In this document: in pieces, positions 34,447 through 57,084 of the stretch
Position numbering within the stretch: the stretch's first letter is position 1
Layout of the letters: each line of letters opens with the position of its first letter
Assembly: GCF_009914755.1 (NCBI RefSeq)
Contig: NC_060934.1
DNA: 64,000 bases
DNA from: the human T2T-CHM13v2.0 reference genome, Homo sapiens
Reading direction: 5' to 3' (one strand)
Program-made: the position numbers and the translations under genes
The notes under the pieces: model-generated
Told to the model about the DNA's origin: nothing
Database searches by the model: none
Seen by the model: the letters and a program-made list of their open reading frames with translations, nothing else

Positions 34447-34909
34447 ATCCCCCTTGATGCTATGGAAGGAAGTACAGAGAGGCCACAAGAAGTACAAGTT
34501 CTTTTCTTGCTCCAACCACTTTTCTTCAAAAATTTATCATAGGAAATTCCACATTAATAAATTATCTACTACATTACATGTATGTGTGTGTTTTACACAT
34601 GTGCATATCTAAATATATATATATGTCCATCTAATTTTAAAATATCTGCTCTTAGGAGTGGTAATAACATTGTGTTTATGTTTTTTAAAACTTCATCTGT
34701 TAGACCTCAAACTAAAACATTTACAGGTAAATTGGTGTGAAGCTTTGTATTTGTTTTAAAACACTCCAGTTAAAAAAAAATGTTGAGGGCAAGGACAAGA
34801 TGAAATAAGCTTGGGAAATGTTAAAACTTGCTGAAGGTGACAGAAGAGGAGGAATGAGATTCTCTCTACTTTTGGCGTGACTAAAAATTTTCATTTAAAA
34901 GTTATTTTT

Positions 34910-35020
34910 GCCAGGTGTAATCCCAGTACTTGGGAGACTTTGAGATGGGAGGATAGCTTGAGGCCAGGAGTTTGGGACCAGCCCAGGCAACATAGTGACC
35001 CCTGTCCCAATTTTTTTTTT
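34910..35020 (+). mobile_element. Alu monomer fragment
   Basis: TGTAATCCCAG..GAGGCCAGGAGTT. Confidence 0.7.
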
Positions 35021-35128
35021 AATTTAGAGTTTTTTTTTCTAATGCCCAGAAGAAAACAAATGAGTAGAATCTGAAGAAATGAGCGGACAATTAGTCTGAA
35101 AATGAGAGCCATCTTCAATTTTTTAAAA

Positions 35129-35134
35129 TTTATT
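35129..35134 (-). terminator. Candidate LRIT2 polyadenylation signal
   Basis: TTTATT on + strand, about 1.3 kb downstream of the LRIT2 stop. Confidence 0.55.
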
Positions 35135-36445
35135 GTTAACTAACATTGATTATGAACACAATCCAGGTATTAGACGAGTGCAGTGGCCACCGTGAGGAAG
35201 GTCAGTCTTTGCCTGCAAATGTCTCACAACCAATGGACACAATGTGCATACTGTCCTTTTCCCCAGAGGTGTGAAGTCAAGGAAAGCTCTGTGGAAGACG
35301 TAATGTACACACTTGAGAGAGGCCTAAAAGGATGATTAGGAATGGGTAAAAAAGGTGGGAAGGAGGAAACGTGTGGAGATGTCACAATGAGTCTAGTTCA
35401 TGTTTACACTCTTAGAAAGGTTTGCATGTGGCCAGTGAGGGAAACGGCAGGGAGACAGATGTGAATTAAATCCTGGGAATGGTCTCCCCTAGAAGGGCTG
35501 TTCAGTGGGATGATGAGCTGATGTTGGGATTCTTGGGGCCCCTCCATTCCACATGGGTCCGGCTAAGAGGAAATGACCACCTCTCATGGATTTCATAGGA
35601 GGGCTTTAGACATTGACTAGGGGAAAGCAGCGGACGTATGGGTGCTCTTCCTTCTGGGTATGGCCCTGCAGAGTCTGCTCTCTGCCAGACCCAGGGCTGC
35701 AGCCAATCCCCTACTCTTCCTTGGTGCTGATGGCTCCAGCCTGCCCAGCAGCACCAAGGGCTGTGCTCACAGGGGAACAGACACCTACAAAAAGAGACTC
35801 ACATTACCCAACAGCTCTCATCACCCTGATGGGCAGCTCTTTGGAACATCACATTTATGTGATCTCATTAGGAGTTTGTCATGAAGAGAGAGGGTCACAC
35901 TTTATAAACAATGAAAGACACAAGAATACCGCAAAACAGGCATTCAAGGAAACGATGGAACTGGAACCTCTTTTGAATGGGGCTTCTGCCTCCTGCCAGA
36001 TGTGGACTCTGGGTGTATCATTGAACTGTCCAGGCTGCAGTTTTTCACCTATAAAAAGTGGGTAGAAGTCTACCTTCGTTTACAGGATAATATATGTAAA
36101 ATATTATACGTAGACATTACGTATAAGCATGTAAATGTTATAGGCTAAGTATATGCAAAGAGTAATATTTAGTGATTTCTAATCACCATGTATAATAAAA
36201 TGATTAATTTGATGGACAAATCTTCATTGACTTTAACTTTACGAAGATAATGACTATGTCCCCTTTATCATGAAGATAAAGACTCTGTTTCCCTTTTTAC
36301 TCTTGAACCCCCTGTGTCAAGTTCAGTGCTTGGAACACAGTGGGTGCTCAATATATACTTGCTGGATAAATGGATGGAGCTGCTGCAGAGGGTTGGTTTC
36401 AGAGGCTTGAAGCCCAAGCCGTTTCCACCCCATGGCCTGGGTTGT

Positions 36446-37206
36446 TCAGCTGTTGTCTTCCGTTCCTCCTTTCTCCTTGTCCCCCTCAGTGTCTATGTGC
36501 CCTTCACCGTCATCACAGACAGCTGGATGTTCTCTAAAGGAGCCATCCTTGGACTGCGGGGCTGCAGGGGTGCAGCTGGGGGCTTTCCTGCGATGAAGAC
36601 AGCCGCGCAGGACCCACTTGCTGCAGCTGCAGGGGCCCTGGGCTGCCCAGGCATAGGCGCCCACAGGCACTGCAAGCAGCACCACACACAGGACCACTGT
36701 GACATGCAGGAGGTGCTCACGTGCCTCTAGCCCACCAGCATCTCTGCCTGTTACAAAAGCTACACACTGGCCCTGGTGTGGAGGCTGGCCCTCTAGGCTG
36801 AGGCAGGCCTCATATTTTGTGCCAGGAAGGAGGTCATCCACAGCATAAGTATTGATTCCGGGGCCAATGTGAACCACCTCCTTCCTGAAGGCTTCATCCG
36901 ATGCAATGTAGAGGGTGAACCACTCCTCCTTAGAGGTGTCAGCCACTGCAAGCCACTCCAGCAAAATCCCATGCACTGTCTGCTTGACAACCCGCAGGTC
37001 AATGTAGGCATTGCCCTCCGAGGGGATGGAAAGAGAATCAGGTGCATGTAGGGCCTGGGCAGGCTGGACATGGAGAGAGATTACAAGGTTGCTCTTGCCA
37101 ATGGAGTTGGAGGCCATGCAGGTGTAATTACCACTGTCTACCAGGTGGGCAGCAGGTATGGCCAGCTCTGACAGAGCAGTGTCTTCTCCAGTAGAAGATG
37201 TCAACA
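36446..37206 (-). CDS. LRIT2: LRIT2 last coding exon (Ig end, FN3, TM, tail)
   Basis: acccag|TGTTG; DSGNYTCMASN; stop at 36446-36448. Confidence 0.95.
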
Positions 37207-40046
37207 CTGGGTGGAAAGAAAAACAAAACAGCTGTGCATTTATCTGATAGACTGCTGGAAAGTGTCTAGCAATGCCAGTTTTGTTTTGTTTTGCTTTGTT
37301 TTTTGTTATTGTTGTTGTTAGAAGATGGTGGTAACCTCTTATGAACCTCGTACCTGGTGTCAGGTGTTTGCCTCCCAGCAATCCTGTAAGATAAATAACT
37401 GATCTTTACACATAGGATATTGAGGATTGGAGCAATCCATCAACTTGCCCGTAGTGAGAGTTGTTCAGAAGCAACAATTGATATGGGACCTGGCTCTTCA
37501 ATCTATGAAGACCATACTCTTTCAACTTCACTAACTGCACCCACCAAACCACCTTCGCCTTGCTGAGCCATGGCTTTCAGGAGAGTTCTTGCAACTATGT
37601 GATTGTACGATATTATGAGCTTCAGGAAGTGCCTTCTTACCTTCCAGATGCACAGTTCCTCAGAGCCTGGAGCCACATGCCTGGGCTGCTATCCCTAATG
37701 GAGCTCCTATCCAGTGTGGTACTGGGCAAGTTGCTTAAATTCTCTTGACAATTTTCTTGTCAATAAAATGGGATGATAAGCAATCACCTACCTCATTAGT
37801 TTGAAAGTAAGTGTTCAATGCTTATATTTTTACTGAGAGATTATATAACACGTTGCCAAACAGTGATTATAGAACACCACGAAAGACAACACCTGTATGC
37901 ATTTCTTGGTTTTCAAAGAGGCTACAACAATAAATCCTATAATTTTCTTTCATTGATATTGAATGCCAAACCAATAAGGTATTATCAAAACAATACAGAA
38001 TGTGAAAATTCAGTTAATTGGGTATTTTTAAACCATCCAGAGTTTTGTCATAATGTATAACAAATACCTGGGCAAATGACTATATTTCCCAAGTTTTACC
38101 CAGCTATTCCTAGTTGTCTTCTAGACAGAGAACAGAAGACAGGACACGAGGAATGTACGAAGATTTTTCTTTTCAGCTTTGGGATACCCCCAGGGAGGCC
38201 ATCCCCGGCTTTGTGATATGCCCAACCCTACAGAGTAGCATTAAAGGTAATCCCAGCTGAGGTATGAAAACAGAGCAGAGGGTTCCAGGAAGGAAGAGGC
38301 AGGTTTGAATTCCAGCCCCAGGGCCCACAGAGGTCACTTCCTTTCCCTGGGTCCCAGTATTACAAATTCAAGCCAATAAGGTCTGAACAATTTTATGTCA
38401 GTGTTATTTCAAACAAGCACCCCAGGTGATTCTGCTCAGGCAAGTTAAGGAAATAACTAATAGATCATCTCTAAAATCAATCCTAGTAAAAAATTCTAGA
38501 ATTCTAAAATACATAGTCCAGTGTTTTGCATCTAGAAGATTCCCAAAGACTATATCTGCTCATATAAAATTTTATAATATTTGCATAAGATATTAAATTA
38601 GCCCTGAAATATGTGTTTATATATGTGTATATGTTCTGTATGCAAAGAGATCTGTATGCAAACATTTAAAATAATGCCAATAGTGGAACACTACCTTGAA
38701 ATCTTTTCTGTTCTAGTGAGCATAATTCAGGGCTATCCCAATCTTACTTGCACCCACCCTTCGTGACTGACCCAGCTTTGAATCTCTCTAATGAGGATGG
38801 GTTTGCTACAGACCTCTCCATTCCCTCCAGATACACTGAGAGGGTGCATGTGGCTTACCATCAAATTCTCTCCACATACTCAGGGGATAAGTCCATGCAA
38901 TGGATGGTGAGGGGCTGGCCTGTGCCAAGCATCGCAGGGTCACATTCTGTCCTGCCCGGATGGTGATATTGGCACTGGGGGTTGAGATCTGTGGCTTCAT
39001 GCAAGCACTAAGCTCAGTTTCATGAAAAAGCTGCCCTGCCTTGGACAGAGGGCCCTGACATATCAGGTAGGAATTCACCAGGATGACTGGGAGGGTAATG
39101 GACTTGACAAACTGGACAAGCCCCCTTAGGCGACAGTCACATACCCAGGGGTTGTCATGCAGGGCCACCACCAGGCTGGAGAGAATCTCAGCCCCACAGT
39201 CAGGCTGCCGGCATTTCTGGTAGGCTGGCCAGTTCAGGAAGACACTCTTGGATACAACTGTAAGCCTATTGGAGGATAGGTCAAGGTAGGTCAGGCTGAC
39301 CAAGAATTGAAGAGCCAGCTCAGGGAGTGCATCAATCTTGTTGCGTTTGAGATCCAAGACCCTCAGGAGAGGGGTGGCACGGAACGCTGTCCATGGTACT
39401 GAGCAGAGCTTGTTCCCCTCCAGTCTCAGCTCCCTCAGTTCTGGCAGGTGTTCCAGGGCTCCTAGGTGGATCACACTGATATTGTTAAAATTGAGCCAGA
39501 GGTATTCCAAGGTGCTCATGTTGATGAAAGACCCTTGGGGCATCTCAAATAAGGGTGAATTTTCAATTCTCACTTGCTTGAACTCTTCAGAAAGGTTCCC
39601 AGGGATCTTTCCCAAGGAGACAGATGTGCACTGCAGAGTCCTGTACAAGAAACCAGAACAGCTTTAAGATAAACAACAGGGGACTGAAAAGTGGGGTCAG
39701 GCTGATCCTGGCATTAGACATGTGAATCAGAATAAAAATATTATTATTCATTGAAATAAAAGAGTTAGACTCATTTTGGTAAAAATGCACAGTTCAGCAA
39801 AGTTCAGTCCCAACTAGAATGAGTCTCATAGAGTTTTGCTGATTTCCTGCCAATTCTAAGCCTGCTTCCACTCCACATCATCCCCAAAGAAAACCCATTC
39901 CCCATAACCCTCTAACATCTGGCCAGCAGAGCGCACCTGCCAAAACTCTCCTCTGAGCAAGTGCATCCTGGCAGACAGAAAGGCTGAGCTGCGTGTGTAT
40001 CCAGAAAGACCAGAACTAACAGGAAGTAATGAAAAACTGAAGCCAT
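36446..40046 (-). CDS. LRIT2: Leucine-rich repeat, Ig-like and transmembrane domains 2; 3 coding exons, 550 aa
   Basis: Signal peptide MASVFHYFLLVLVF, LRRNT, LRRs, LRRCT (NPWVCDCRL), Ig, FN3, TM. 110+782+761 = 1653 nt. Confidence 0.96.
37354..37383 (-). CDS. LRIT2: LRIT2 30-nt in-frame cassette exon (GLLGGKHLTP)
   Basis: cttacag|GATTG..CCAG|gtacga; phase 1-1; would give 560 aa. Confidence 0.6.
38859..39640 (-). CDS. LRIT2: LRIT2 coding exon 2 (LRRs, LRRCT, first half of Ig)
   Basis: gtacag|GACT..GATG|gtaagc; matches ORF 38806..39648. Confidence 0.95.
39937..40046 (-). CDS. LRIT2: LRIT2 coding exon 1
   Basis: ATG at 40046; donor GCAG|gtgcgc. Confidence 0.93.
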
Positions 40047-40123
40047 ATTTCTCTGTAAGAAAATACGTTGTGAGTTTTGAATAAGTATCGCCCCAGCTTC
40101 CGAGTGGCAAATCCTATTATTGG

Positions 40124-40129
40124 TAATCC
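40124..40129 (+). promoter_or_regulatory. CRX/OTX2 site TAATCC just upstream of the LRIT2 ATG
   Basis: Motif about 80 bp upstream of the start codon. Confidence 0.4.
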
Positions 40130-41009
40130 ATGATGATGTAAGTCACACAGCAGCAGGAAAGCCCATGGGAGCTCTGAGGTCTGTTACAGCCCAGACCACA
40201 AGTTCAGTCAGAACACACGAAGGGGGATCAATGTCTCTTAACTAGGGTCAGGAAATTCAACATTTGTGTAATTCTTGAGTCTGAAAAGCAAACTCCAAGT
40301 CAGATGTCCAATTCCATACAGATTCTACATTTCTTAGAGTCTTAAACAGAAGTCTGAGAAACAAGCAGGCAGTGCTATTCTGAGCACCACTGTTCAGGGG
40401 ATGTGGCCAGAATCCATCTAATGCTTCATCATTTGCAGTTGATTCCTGAAACCTAGAATTTCCAATCATTTTCTCAAAGTGAAAATAGGTGATGAGTAAC
40501 AAAGTAATTCTGTGTTCATTCCTATCATTTGTTCTCTTCCCAACACCACGGGTGGTGTAGTCATGCTCCTACTGCATCAAGACAGCTGCTTCTGCAGCTT
40601 GGGTCACCAGTTTCAAATACAAGATGGTATTTTCTGATTAAACCAAAAGATTGTTTTCTTGGACTTCACAACCTTTCCTTAATACTGTGCATTTCACTTC
40701 ATCAAAATGGGCAACCTACATTTTAAAAAGAGATGTATACAATTTTATATGCTTGCTCTTTCACTCTTCATTTATTCCACAAATATTTACTGGTCATTTG
40801 CTTTAAGCTATACTCTTGCCCAATGAAAGGAACAGGGTCAAGGGCAAACCTATTATAGACCCTGTCCCAAGGAGTCTTCTCTCTTGTTTGTGCTTCTGAA
40901 TCTTGAGATCTTTGGAATGTAATTTAATCTCTGTGAGTCTTTTCTGTATCATGAGAATATTAACAAATACCTCATAGTGTTTCCAGGAATTTATTTCTCA
41001 TTATTTTTT

Positions 41010-41121
41010 AATTTTTGTATTTTTTCAGAGACAGGGTCTCACTCTGTTGCCCAGGCTGGTCTCAAACTTCTCAGCCTCCCAAGTAACTGGGATTACAGGT
41101 GCAAGCCATTGCATCCAGCCA
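41010..41121 (-). mobile_element. Deleted antisense Alu fragment
   Basis: GAGACAGGGTCTCACT..GGGATTACAGG. Confidence 0.7.
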
Positions 41122-43568
41122 TATTTTTAGAAAAGTTTGAGATTATGTTAAATACAACACCTAGCACACAGTTGGTGCCCATTAATCCTCCTCCCACTGA
41201 CAAACTCTTTAAGATCCGAAAAGTCTACATCTCTATTAACTAGGGCACTTCCAGTTGAATATTGAAATTCCATGAGTTCCTTTAAGACTCATGATATACA
41301 TTGTACCCTACAAAAGGCCTCAGGAAAGAAAATCCGCTTAGCTAACCAGTGAGGGGGGAAATGGGTCACCAGCTAAGCTGATTACACTCCAGGCTTTCCA
41401 TCCAAGCCAGAAATATTTGCAGGAGTTTCCAAACAGTCTAACTCTAAAACCTGGGGGGACCACTGTGTTTGTCTAAAGGTAAAAATCCAAAACAAAGAGA
41501 GAGCTATCGGCACAAAGTTTGTCATACATATGGCTATGTGCTTCCTAGATCCCCCTTCAAGGTATAAGTGGATGCTCAGCTGCAAGGAGTGCTTGCATGA
41601 GGTCACGTCCTTCCCAAAGCAGCCACATCCCACATTCAGTGACTGAGGGTGGTGAGGGCCTGGCCAGTTTGCCCTGATGGGGGAAAACTCTGATGAGCAA
41701 TTATCACTCCAGAGTCCCCTACCAGCTTTGCTAAGGCTTTGTCAGGCTTGTTTCATGGAAATATGTGATTTAATTCATGACTATTCCAAACCACTAGTGG
41801 ATTCCTTTCTCTCCCCTTACCCCAAAGGATAAAGATCTTAAGAGTCCTCCATTCCCCCACAATTTCCTCTCTGTCCATCTCATGCCAGCCTTTTCAAATG
41901 AATCCAGCTCCATCCAACTTTCAAGAAGTTTGCGGGAAGCTTGTGAAGCACACCCACTGGCATGCTATCTCTAGAATCATCTAGGCCACTTCTCTACTGC
42001 CCCCCACTCCTTTCCTGACCCCCTCATTCTCTGGTTTCCTTATTTGGCATATGAACAGAGGGAGTGGCTCTCTTGGAAATTGAGGCAGGAGACCAGGATA
42101 ATTGAAGTTAGCATGGGTCAAGTTATTTATGTTAAACAACCTGTGGTTCAGTGTAGTCCCTAAACTCAAGAGACCCTAACAACAATGGCAAGAGGGTCTG
42201 GAAATATTACAACCCATCTTCCCTCTTGCAGGATGCTTTTCAGAACTAGGGTCTTAAAATTCTCCATAGAGACAGAGTCATGGGGGAGGAATTACTCTGT
42301 GTTTGTGAAATGCTTAGATATAAATGGCTGCAGGGAGGCAGCTCCCTGGCTTGTCTTAATAGAATCTTAATAGGAGAGTGTCCTATCTATTCAATTGGAA
42401 AATGCCACTCACCTTCCCAATATTAGTAAAACACTGGGCTACCTCAGACAGAGAACAGGGCATCCTATCAGGGAGCAGACACGCTGTACTCCGTTTCTCT
42501 GAAGCTAGGACTCTTTCCCACCCCCATCGTCTGCTGCCAGCATGTCTGAGATGCTGCCTCAGCTACCCACGCTCTTAGGTATGCCTGTGGCAGAGACACA
42601 AAAGACCTTTCCAAGCCTCCTTGAAATAGGTGGGCTACAAGACTCTTGATCTAGCTAATGAAATGTTACAAGAAATGAGGTTTGAAAAGCCCTAACATGA
42701 TCTTCCAATTTATCTTTTTCCTTGTTGTGGCAACCACTGACATTCCAAATGGTGGAGTCTTCCCAGCCATGTCCTTGAGTAAATTAGTGAAGCAGAGCCC
42801 TCCCTCCTTCTGTATTTCCCAAACTTAAGTAGAGTCTGTGGAACAGGAATACATTTTTCCGTGTTAAGCCATGGAAATTTGGGAATGGTTGCCTAAGCAT
42901 AAATCTAACCTATCCTAACTACAATGCCCTTGTGAATAAATATGCTCAGGTACTTGTATGTTGATTTTTGCCTTTGTTAGATTATATGATAATTAAGACA
43001 AAAATTTCCAGCTCTTGTCCTCTAGACAAACTGCTCACTGAATCCCTCGATTGATAGCCTAGGTTTGATAGCCCACATCCACTTTCCAGAGCACAATTTC
43101 TGTATTTGCCTTTTTGTACCCAGCAACTTCAATGGGCAAGTGACCTTGGACATATTCTCTGCTTAATCATGAGGAATAAAACCATGTTGCAGTCATCAAA
43201 AGACATCATGAAGATGCTATGATTCCAACCAACCTACAAACCAGGCTTCCAAGGCCAGCTATGCTGCAGCCTCGCCATGGCCCAAATTGGTCTTCAGCAT
43301 TGGAAGGCCAGAAATTCTTTTGCCAGGATACTCAGAGGGCATTCAATTTTCAGGGACTAACTCATACTCATCAGACTCACATACTAAAAGACTAAGGTAA
43401 GCCAGACATCATTTTATTTTTTACAATAAGAATGTGTTTCTTCCCATGACTTGAATATTCATGAGCGTAATCCAGGATGATTCTTCTCTACAAGGGCAAA
43501 CCAGGGAAGACAGGATACACAAAGGAAGGTTGACAGATGAGTTTTGGGAGGCTTATCATCTTGGAGGC

Positions 43569-43924
43569 TGTATTAGTCCATTTTCACACTGCTGGTAAAC
43601 ACATACCCAAGACTGGGTAATTTATAAAGAAAAAGAGGTTTAGTGGACTCACAGTTCCACATGGCTGGGCAGACCTCACAATCATGGCAGAAGGCAAGGA
43701 GGAGCGAAGGCATGTCTTACATGACATCAGGCAAAAGGATTTGTGCAGGGGTACTTCCATTTATAAAACCATCAAATCTCATGCGACTTATTCATTACCA
43801 CGAGAACAGTATGGGGGAAACTGCCCCCGTGATTCAATGATCTCCACCTGGCCCCACCCTTGATTCATGGGGGTTATTACAATTCAAGGTGAGATTTGGG
43901 TGGGGACACAGTCAAACCATATCA
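43569..43924 (-). mobile_element. THE1 MaLR solo LTR
   Basis: TGTATTAGTCC..CAAACCATATCA; 5-bp TSD GAGGC. Confidence 0.9.
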
Positions 43925-44313
43925 GAGGCCTTTCCATCCAGACCATGAAAATAGGTCCCAATAAACCATTGGATCATTGGCAAGATTGAATTCTCTCTCT
44001 CTCTTTCTGTCTCTGTTAACATCAGATAAATACTACAGATTTCTTGCTTTTAAGTTCCTGATTTTTCTTCAAACAAGACTCAATAAAACTGGCTAAATGT
44101 TACTTGTCTTTAGGTCAATAACTGTCCCATCATGATTGGTTCAGACCATCATTTAAAGGCAACATCCTGATCACTTCAACAGATGACTGCTTTCATCTAC
44201 TGCATTTACATTTGTCCTAATTTTGGGGGTGTCTATCACTCTCATTTATCAAAGAGTCAGAATTGAGTCTTGGGTCTCCAAAACTCACCAGAAATATCTT
44301 TCTAAATTTTCAT

Positions 44314-44523
44314 AAGGGGTAAACAAACTACAATCTCAGGGTCAAACCCAGCCTGTCACCTGTTTTTGTAAAAAGTGTCTTATTGGAAGACATCCATACC
44401 CACTAATTTACATATTGTCTATGGCTGCTTTTGCATCCCATCAGCAGAGTTAAGTAGTAGCAACAGAGCCTAAAATATTTACTATTTGCCTTTCTTTACA
44501 GGAAAAAAGTTTGCTGGCTCCCA
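44314..44523. mobile_element. MER58A-like hAT-Charlie MITE
   Basis: AGGGG..CAAACTAC..CCTGTTTTTGTAAA..AAAAAAGTTTGCT. Confidence 0.7.
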
Positions 44524-45789
44524 ATGTACACAGTGTCTTTGTCATCTTACAACAAAACAGCCTCTCTTACCAATGTCTATGGTCCACAAGTTATAGTCAG
44601 GTGCACCCTCCAGGTGGTGGCAGAAGATATCCAAGAATGGAAATTCCATGCTCATGTGCATGGGTGCTCTCATGGTTCTGATCCCAGGTTTCAGTGATTT
44701 TTAAAAAGTTGATTTCTATAGTGAACCTTCTGTAGACCACATTGCAGGGATGGATACTGAATAAAGACCATCAGCCTGATGAGAAAGTTGTCAAAGAACT
44801 AGATTCTGAAAGAGAATTCATCACTTCCTTGTATAAATCATTCACCTCTTTGGTCTTCTTCTGTAAAATCAAACAGCCCAGCCTCCATAGTGGGTTGTCA
44901 TGAATATCAAATGTGAGAAAACTGAGTGAAATATGTTGTAAGGTCTTTTGTAAATGTGAGGGGAGTAAGAAGCACTGCATCACACTGGCTTATGTCTAAT
45001 AAATCACATGACATAATACTTACAAATACTTGGAGTCTCTTGCATAATACTAGCAAAACAATTTTCTTGGATCACTTGCTGTCCCAAAATTTCTTCAGTT
45101 GTTACCCAAAGGACTTGGCACAGGTACCCTGGATGCTCCTCATGCCAGAGATCGGCTTTATAAATAAGGAACAAATTGAGCCTTCTGCTGGGAACATTCA
45201 CTTTCCCCAGTGCACAGAGACAACATCTCAGTGGTTTCCTAGCTCCAAGAAAAAGCAAACAGCAATTTTCCTTTGAAGTAACTTGATGAGCAACCAGGAA
45301 GGCTCCGAGACACCCTCAAGAACCCAGGTAGGTTTTGGTAAGAATCACAAAGGCTGCTGCATGGGACAGAGGTGAATGTGCCAGACAGCATAGAGTGTAA
45401 TGAGGTCTCTTGGATCCCTCCAGCCTGACATTCTGAAAGCAAATGAGCAATGTTCTCTTGGGCATTGTCTCAAACTCTAGCATTTATCGAAAAATCAAAT
45501 GATTGTCTCTAGGCAGAATAGCACCCAGAGAATAAATATTAGAATTCACTGAGGGCACAGTGGGTTATGAGTGTAGTGTGTGTGTTAGTGAGGATGGGTA
45601 ACTACCAATATGGCTAATGCATAGAGAGATGGTGTGTGTGAGTGCCTATGAATTAGCATAAATGTAATCAAGGTGCAGTATAGGAGGATGGTAAGGACTT
45701 TTAACCGTGGATCCCAACTGTGTGGTCCAAATCTCAGAGCCATCTAAATTTGCCTAGCTGTGTAATCCTGGGCAATGCAGATTAAATCA

Positions 45790-46168
45790 CTGTTCAGCAC
45801 ATATTCCTTGCTCTACCATCACCTCCAGGGGAGAAGTGTCCTTACTTGCCCCATCAAACTTGGGTTTGGCCATGAGACTTGCTTTGGCAGATAGAATATG
45901 GACAGAAGTGGCAGTATACCAGTTCTGAACTAAGAACATAACAGGCATTGCATGAACAATCATTCCTCTATTATCATTCAACCTCACCACGAGAGAAACC
46001 TGCCCCAGGTACCCACTGCTACTCTCCAGCCCAGGCTCCAAATGAAACACACAGAGCAGAGCCACCCTAATCAACCCACAGGCCTGTGAGTGTGAAAATA
46101 AGTGTTCACTGCTATACATCACCAAGATTTTGCTTTCATTTGTTATACAGCAAAAGCTGACTGATACA
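45790..46168. mobile_element. MaLR LTR (MLT1-like) near the LRIT1 3' end
   Basis: GACTTGCTTTGGC..GCAAAAGCTGACTGATACA. Confidence 0.6.
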
Positions 46169-46452
46169 GGCAAGTTTCTTAACCCCCCACCCCAGGGAAA
46201 TGGAGAGAATAGTGATGCCTGCTGCAAATGATTGTTACAAGAATTTAGCACTTAGAACACTTTCTAGTCTGTAGTAAGTGCTTAACAAGTGTTAGCGGTT
46301 GTTGCAGTAGCAGCTGCTGCTGCTGTTGTTGTGTGTAAGTATCTGAGTAAGCAGGTACCCGAGCAGGTAAGAGTGGGTGATCGTGTACTCAGGTGTCAGA
46401 ACTAAAGAAGGAGCGTGGGCAGGCAGGTGTGTGAGTTGCGGAGGCATATCCC

Positions 46453-55950
<9,498 letters not shown>

Positions 55951-56104
55951 GGCTCCTGGCTCCTCTCTGGCCCAGGCAGGGGCCTGTCCCTGGACCGCTC
56001 CGTCCCACCGGCCCAGCAAGCCCAGCAAGCTCAGCAGCTGCCCACTTGCTCGCCAGCCCCTTACACCCCCTCCTGAGGCCATCGGATAAACATGGACAGA
56101 CTGG

Positions 56105-56110
56105 GGATTA
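56105..56110 (-). promoter_or_regulatory. CRX/OTX2 (K50) site TAATCC in the LRIT1 proximal promoter
   Basis: GGATTA on + strand 155 bp upstream of the ATG; GC box near 56180. Confidence 0.5.
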
Positions 56111-57084
56111 GGGAGGGGAGTCCCAGCCGCAGCACTCAGAGGCTTATTGCTTTCTGAATCACTCAGTCCTGAGGGTAGGGGCGGGGGACCCCCTTCCATA
56201 GCAATATCCACAGGCCCAGAGAGGCCAGGGCAGGGCACAGCAAAGCAAGACAAGTAGGCAGCTTTCCAGAGGCGAGCAGCCATGGGACTGTCATCTGCAA
56301 AGCATCCCATCCCAACAAGGCCACGGACAACACAGACCCCACTGGAGTGCCAGGGAAGATGGAGAAAGAACCCCCGCCTCAGTAAGGGCCTTTGGAAATT
56401 CTTTCCTGTGACACTGTCTCATAGCAAAAAAGCAGTGAAATGAAGCAACTCTTCCTGATGGTGCTAAAGGCATTGGAAGGAGGCTAAGCTCTGGACCCAG
56501 GCTTCCTGGGGTCAAATCCCAGCTGCTCCATTAAGGGGCTGTGACCTTGGGTGAGTCACATTATCTCTTGGCCTCTGTGTCCTTATCTGACAAAGAGAAA
56601 TAAAGTTACTTCATGCAGGGTGTTTGTGAAAATCAAACTCAAATTCCAAGGCCTTGACAGCCTGTGGGAACAGAAGCTCTCTCACAAGTTGTAAGTGCCC
56701 AGTTTCACTGGTACTTATAAGACCCTACTTACAGAAGAACTGGACAGATTCAGATATTTTGGGGAGACATCAGAGGTGTCTCTCATGAGCCCACAAACTG
56801 TCCCAGGCTGCCAGGCAAACAGCTGCCTGCCTTGAGTGCCCCATGGATATGGACTCAACACACTACTATTTCAGCTGAGCCCTTCTGGGCATTGCTACGA
56901 ATGCCAAAGGTGGAGATGTCTCCACATAAGGGACAAGGGCACCCCTCTCCTCAAGGTGCCCTACTCCAAGGAGGGCCCCAGAGAGGTAGCTCAGAGAGGT
57001 CTTAGAGAAGGCACTTTCAGGTTTTTTTGGAGACAGGACCCCAACCTCTAATAAGGGCCTTTGGAAATTCTCCATCCATAAAGC

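Noticed and set aside
55951-56310. In-frame upstream ATGs extending LRIT1 by up to 120 aa
   Set aside because: They would bury the signal peptide, and they run through promoter motifs, probably upstream of the TSS.
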